A stretch of DNA of 64,000 bases from Candidatus Omnitrophota bacterium (GTDB lineage Bacteria; Omnitrophota; Gorgyraeia; Zapsychrales; Fredricksoniimonadaceae): contig CAIVRE010000033.1 of the NCBI GenBank assembly GCA_903908245.1, forward strand, positions 18,172 through 82,171, in the 5' to 3' direction. Every line of letters starts with the position of its first letter. Position 1 is the first letter of the stretch. The notes beneath the pieces were generated by a model. The model ran no database searches. It was not told the origin of the DNA and saw only the letters and a list, made by a program, of their open reading frames with translations. Made by a program: the position numbers and the translations under genes. Of the stretch, positions 60,053-64,000 are shown in pieces.

Positions 60053-62049
60053 CCGATACCGGGGATATTGCGTTCTATATAGACAATTCATTGCAGCTCG
60101 ATACCCGCGATGAATTTGTATATCATGAGAGCCTTTTTTTACCGCCGGCCGCGCTGGCATCGGCCAGGAACAGCGCGGATATCGACGGATTGATCCTCGG
60201 CGGAGGGGACGGGTTCGGGCTGCGCGAAGGATTGAAATCCCCCCGGCTGCACCGGATCGACCTGGTCGATCACGATCCCGAGGTCATTCGTTTCGCGAAA
60301 GACGGATTGCGTTCTTTTAACAGGTCGTCGTTATATGACCCTCGTGCCTGCGTCCATGTGGAGGAGGCCTCCCGCTTTCTTAATGCGCGTCCGGCGCTCT
60401 ACGATTATATTGTCGCGGACTTCACTTTTCCCGAAGACCTTTCCGGCTGTTCTCTTTTTACCCTGGGTTTTCTTCATGATCTTTCAAGGCGCCTGAAGCC
60501 GAACGGCATTGTGGCGCTCAACACTTTCTCGCCGGAGCGTTCGCCGGAGGCCTACTGGTCTGTTTATCGTACGCTTACCCGGCTTAAACTGCATCCTAAA
60601 CCCTATCAGGTCCGTATCCCTTCGTTTTCAGCGCATGGGTACGGCAAATGGGGGTTCTTTCTGGCATCAACCGCGCCGATCCTGCACAGGGAGGTCCAGG
60701 ATGTCCTTTTTCCTGAGGACCGGCGCTTTATGGCCGGGGATGTTCTTTTAAAAGCAATGTTGTTTGAAAGCAGCCCGGTTTTTCATGGCCTGAATTTCAG
60801 CCGGATCCTCCGCCAGCCGGAAGATCTGCGGGCATTGCTTAATATGTCGGGGATCTTTGCCTCGCTTGGCGGGGCGGATATCGATTTTTCCGGCGACATT
60901 CTGCCGGCCGGGCTCTGGAAGTATTTTTCCGGCCATCCGGAATATATTTTCTTTTCCATGTCGGCGTACTGGAAAGAGCGGGTCTTTAACATCCTTGACG
61001 GACTGGATTGGAACAGGTTCATGGCGGAGGCCGAGAAGTCCCTGGCCAATTATTCCAGGGAGACCGCCGGGCAGGTTCGCGCGATGCTGCGAAGGGTCTC
61101 CCGTCAGTGGAAGGACGGCGATTTCGGGGCTGAATCTTTTCAGCGGGCGTTCCTTGCGCTGATCGCCGTGATCATTGTGATGAACATGCTTTGTCCGGAC
61201 AATGCTTTTGCCAAAGGCTATTACGGCGGGTCCCATGGCGGGTCTTCCGGCGGAGAGGGTACGGAAATAAGCCTTTTGGCCCCGGCCGCGGCGACGGCTT
61301 TTTACAACAGTTACTGGCTCAGCAGCCGTTATGTGCCGGACATGGCCGGCAAGCCGCACAATAAAATGTCTTTTCCGGCCGCGGCCTCTTTCGAGGCGGA
61401 TCAAAAACCGGAACAGGCGTTCTTTGCGTTGAATGACACGACCTACCTTACGAAAGAAGGGGATGTTTTTCAGCTTATTGCACAGACACATTTCTTTTAT
61501 AGAGTGGAAACAGACCGGCTTGTCCTGTATCGGTCCGGGCAGCCGGCGCCGGTCATTGAGCTGGCATTGGACAATGGATCGGCCGTGGCCCTTGGAAAAG
61601 ATATTGAAGTCAACCGCAAGGCGCTGGTGGCGAGCATCCGGCAGTTCGAGCAGTGGCTGGGCTGGTCCGGGCCTGCGGGGGCCATGGTGAAGGAGATCGC
61701 CGAGGAAAAGAAAGAATTGGACGAGTTAATGGCGCTGCAAAAGGTCCTGGACCGGCTTCATCAGAACAATTATTCGGGGTCTTCCGCCTGGTCATCGGAT
61801 GTGCCGGCGAAGAGCATGGCGCCGTCCATTTTTCTGGCAACGGATGGAAGCCTGGTCGTTAAAACCGCCGATGGTGCCTGGAAAAGTTATGTGTTTCGGT
61901 CGTTCACGAATGTGGCCGGGCGGGAAGTGATCCCTTCTGACAGCGCGCTGGATGCCTTTTTTGAAGAACTGTTGTCCGCGGGCGTTAAAACATTAAAGGC
62001 CCAGGACCCGATGCGGGCGTTCATTATGGAAAAAATGGACTGGCGGTAG
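60025..62049 (+). CDS. Spermidine synthase-like aminopropyltransferase with long C-terminal extension
   Basis: FYIDNSLQL, DEFVYHESL, LILGGGDG, LVDHDPEV, YDYIVAD, IPSF...WGFFLAS, followed by about 400 further residues. Confidence 0.8.
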   Translation: MAKYRVERIADTGDIAFYIDNSLQLDTRDEFVYHESLFLPPAALASARNSADIDGLILGGGDGFGLREGLKSPRLHRIDLVDHDPEVIRFAKDGLRSFNRSSLYDPRACVHVEEASRFLNARPALYDYIVADFTFPEDLSGCSLFTLGFLHDLSRRLKPNGIVALNTFSPERSPEAYWSVYRTLTRLKLHPKPYQVRIPSFSAHGYGKWGFFLASTAPILHREVQDVLFPEDRRFMAGDVLLKAMLFESSPVFHGLNFSRILRQPEDLRALLNMSGIFASLGGADIDFSGDILPAGLWKYFSGHPEYIFFSMSAYWKERVFNILDGLDWNRFMAEAEKSLANYSRETAGQVRAMLRRVSRQWKDGDFGAESFQRAFLALIAVIIVMNMLCPDNAFAKGYYGGSHGGSSGGEGTEISLLAPAAATAFYNSYWLSSRYVPDMAGKPHNKMSFPAAASFEADQKPEQAFFALNDTTYLTKEGDVFQLIAQTHFFYRVETDRLVLYRSGQPAPVIELALDNGSAVALGKDIEVNRKALVASIRQFEQWLGWSGPAGAMVKEIAEEKKELDELMALQKVLDRLHQNNYSGSSAWSSDVPAKSMAPSIFLATDGSLVVKTADGAWKSYVFRSFTNVAGREVIPSDSALDAFFEELLSAGVKTLKAQDPMRAFIMEKMDWR

Positions 62050-62054
62050 GCTCA

Positions 62055-63077
62055 ATGGAACTGCGGTATCTTAATGCCAAAGACAAGAGCGCGTGGAACA
62101 GCCTTGTGAGCGCGTCTGTGCACAGCGGGTTCATGCAGTCGTGGGAATGGAGCGAGTTCAAGGAAAGTTCCGGGCAAAAGGTTTTTCGGCTGGGGCTTGT
62201 TCACCAGCATGAGCTTGTTGGCGGAGCGATCGTGTATGGCGTTGCGTCCTCGCTGGGGACATCTCCGCTGATCGTGCCCCAGGGGCCGGTGTTGCCGTGG
62301 GGTGATCCGGTGGTCACCCGGGAAGCCCTTGGGATCCTGTTCCAGGAGTTTCGCGGGATCGCGCGGGAGTTCGGGTTCCCGGTCCTGCGCGTCGAACCGG
62401 CATTGCCTGTCGATGTTATGAGGGATTTTTTCCCTGAAGCGCAGCGGGCCCCCATTGATCTTGTCCCAACGCCGAGCCTTGTCGTTGATATCGGCCGCCC
62501 GGATCAGGATATCCTGGCCGGCATGAAACCGAAGGGCCGTTACAATATCAGGCTGGCGGCGAAACAGGGCGTTGAAACGGTCTGGGGAGTGTCGCCGGAC
62601 CTTTTGGAAGAGTTTTACGGCCTTTTTGAATTGACCTGTATCCGGCATCGGTTCATCGGCGAGAGCCTGGAATTCTTTCAGGGCCTTGTCCGTCATCTTG
62701 CGCCCGGGCGGATGGTGCGGATCTATTTAAGCCGTTACCGGGGGGTGGCGACATCCGCGGCGGTCATGGTCTTTTACGGGCGGACGGCAACCTATCTTTA
62801 CGGAGGGTCGCTGCCGTTCTTTCGGCACGCGATGTCGAGTTACGGGCTGCATTGGGCGGCCATGCGGGATGCCCGTGAACAGGGATGCCGGGATTATGAT
62901 CTTTACGGGATAGCGCCGGATGATAATCCTTTTCATCCGTATGCCCGGTTCACGGCTTTTAAAAAAAGGTTCGGAGGGCGTTCTACGGTAAGCGCCGGCG
63001 CGCAGGACACGTTCTTTTATGAACAATTGTCAGACCTTTGGCTTCAACAAATGGATGCTGTTTTATTAAAGAAATAA
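62055..63077 (+). CDS. FemAB/FemX family (GNAT) peptidyl transferase-like protein
   Basis: FMQSWEWSEFK, PQGPV, MKPKGRYNIRLAAKQGV, ATYLYGGS, YDLYGI, FKKRFGG. Confidence 0.85.
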   Translation: MELRYLNAKDKSAWNSLVSASVHSGFMQSWEWSEFKESSGQKVFRLGLVHQHELVGGAIVYGVASSLGTSPLIVPQGPVLPWGDPVVTREALGILFQEFRGIAREFGFPVLRVEPALPVDVMRDFFPEAQRAPIDLVPTPSLVVDIGRPDQDILAGMKPKGRYNIRLAAKQGVETVWGVSPDLLEEFYGLFELTCIRHRFIGESLEFFQGLVRHLAPGRMVRIYLSRYRGVATSAAVMVFYGRTATYLYGGSLPFFRHAMSSYGLHWAAMRDAREQGCRDYDLYGIAPDDNPFHPYARFTAFKKRFGGRSTVSAGAQDTFFYEQLSDLWLQQMDAVLLKK

Positions 63078-63091
63078 AAAAGGAGATGCGT

Positions 63092-63319
63092 ATGCCGTCT
63101 ATGTTGGGAGAGCTCAGGATGGAACAGGTCATCGGCACGATATTTTACGGTTTGTTGGGTATCGGGCTTTTTCTGGTCGCTTATGTTGTGATCGAGAAGA
63201 TCTGCCCTTTTTCAGTGAAGAAGGAGATCAGCGAGGACCAGAATATCTCGCTCGGGATCATTATCGGTTCTGTCATGATCGGCCTTTCGATCATTATTGC
63301 TGCGGCGATCAAGGGGTAG
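63092..63319 (+). CDS. DUF350 family small membrane protein
   Basis: IEKICPFSVKKEISEDQNISLGIIIGSVMIGLSIIIAAAI; AGGAG RBS. Confidence 0.88.
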   Translation: MPSMLGELRMEQVIGTIFYGLLGIGLFLVAYVVIEKICPFSVKKEISEDQNISLGIIIGSVMIGLSIIIAAAIKG

Positions 63320-63536
63320 TTGATGGTGGGAGGTCCGGCCGTTCCGGGGGCAGGGCTATCGGGAGCCCTGCCTGATAATTATATTAACTTTTTGTAGTTA
63401 AAATTAATTTAAAGTCGTTCTATTTAAACAACTTATAAAGAATTATAGTAACGTTTTCTTTAAGGCCCGCCTTTAAGCCCCCTCTATAAAAAATATGGTT
63501 TATACTTACTGCGGTGGATCAAAACGGGGACGGGTC

Positions 63537-64000
63537 ATGAAAAGAGCGGTGTCAAAGAATCTCTTGGTGCGGGCATTCCGGCTTGTGATGGCGTGTCTGT
63601 TCTTATTGTTGAACATTTGTCCGTCCCCTGTGTCGGCCCAGGTTATAGTGCAGATGCCTGTTCCAGGAACGCTGGTGTCGTTAAGCCGCCATTTTGAACC
63701 GGCGCTGGCACGCGGGGTACAGATCGATCCCTCCGATCCTTTTCATTTCAATTTTATTATTACGCCTGGCCAGGAGCTTCCTGCCGGGAAGAAACAGGAT
63801 GAATATACCAAACTGATCAAATATTTCCTTGTTTCCCTGACCATCCCGAACAATGACATGTGGGTGAACCTCTCGCCGCTTGAGCATGACCGGATGATCC
63901 CGGAGAATTTCGCGCGCACCGAAATGGGGCGGGACCTGTTGAGCCAGGATTATCTTCTCAAGCAGTTGATGTCCTCCCTCCTTTATCCGGAGCGGGGCGT
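63537..64000 (+). CDS. Second paralog of the large secreted modular protein (truncated by window end)
   Basis: Manual translation: signal peptide, then MPVPGTLVSLS...DPFHFNFII...KLIKYFLVSLTIPNNDMWVNLSP...TEMGRDLLSQDYLLKQLMSSLLYPE, which aligns with the N-terminus of the 23663 ORF. Confidence 0.88.
   Translation, partial: MKRAVSKNLLVRAFRLVMACLFLLLNICPSPVSAQVIVQMPVPGTLVSLSRHFEPALARGVQIDPSDPFHFNFIITPGQELPAGKKQDEYTKLIKYFLVSLTIPNNDMWVNLSPLEHDRMIPENFARTEMGRDLLSQDYLLKQLMSSLLYPERG

Overview
This window covers the replication-origin region of a GC-rich diderm bacterium. Gene content suggests Candidatus Omnitrophota (OP3, PVC superphylum); this is inferred from the Tad locus architecture and a paralogous family of large secreted proteins, and is not proven. 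On the minus strand (1-15.7 kb) are a Tad pilus operon (CpaE-CpaF fusion, secretin with a TonB C-terminal domain, cpaB, PPIase), mdh, a nitrilase-family gene, gyrA, gyrB, dciA, dnaN and dnaA, with oriC elements (DnaA boxes, DnaA-trios). The plus strand runs rpmH-yidD-yidC-jag(N-domain only)-parS-parAB-ndk-yicC-gmk-rpoZ-coaC, then tRNAs, a 1351-aa secreted modular protein, thrS-infC-rpmI-rplT-pheST, 6S RNA, rarA, ygfA-rny-ymdB-PilZ-gltX and tRNA-Gln. An accessory region follows: a MarR/Aas lipid cluster, DUF2157/GDYXXLXY/M28/DUF2339, feoAB, a DUF134-acr3-arsC operon, a porin, a DUF4178/spermidine synthase/FemAB/DUF350 cluster, and the start of a second paralog of the large secreted protein. Three observations stand out. 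(i) Small structured elements lie behind three tRNA genes, with ends that are inverted and direct copies of the host tRNA's own 3' end; two share a core with compensatory base changes. (ii) A paralogous secreted protein family has a conserved N-terminal domain, DRAE-delimited modules and a GGIDL C-terminal segment. (iii) The Tad machine carries unusual domain fusions. All family calls come from motif recognition by eye; no database searches were run.
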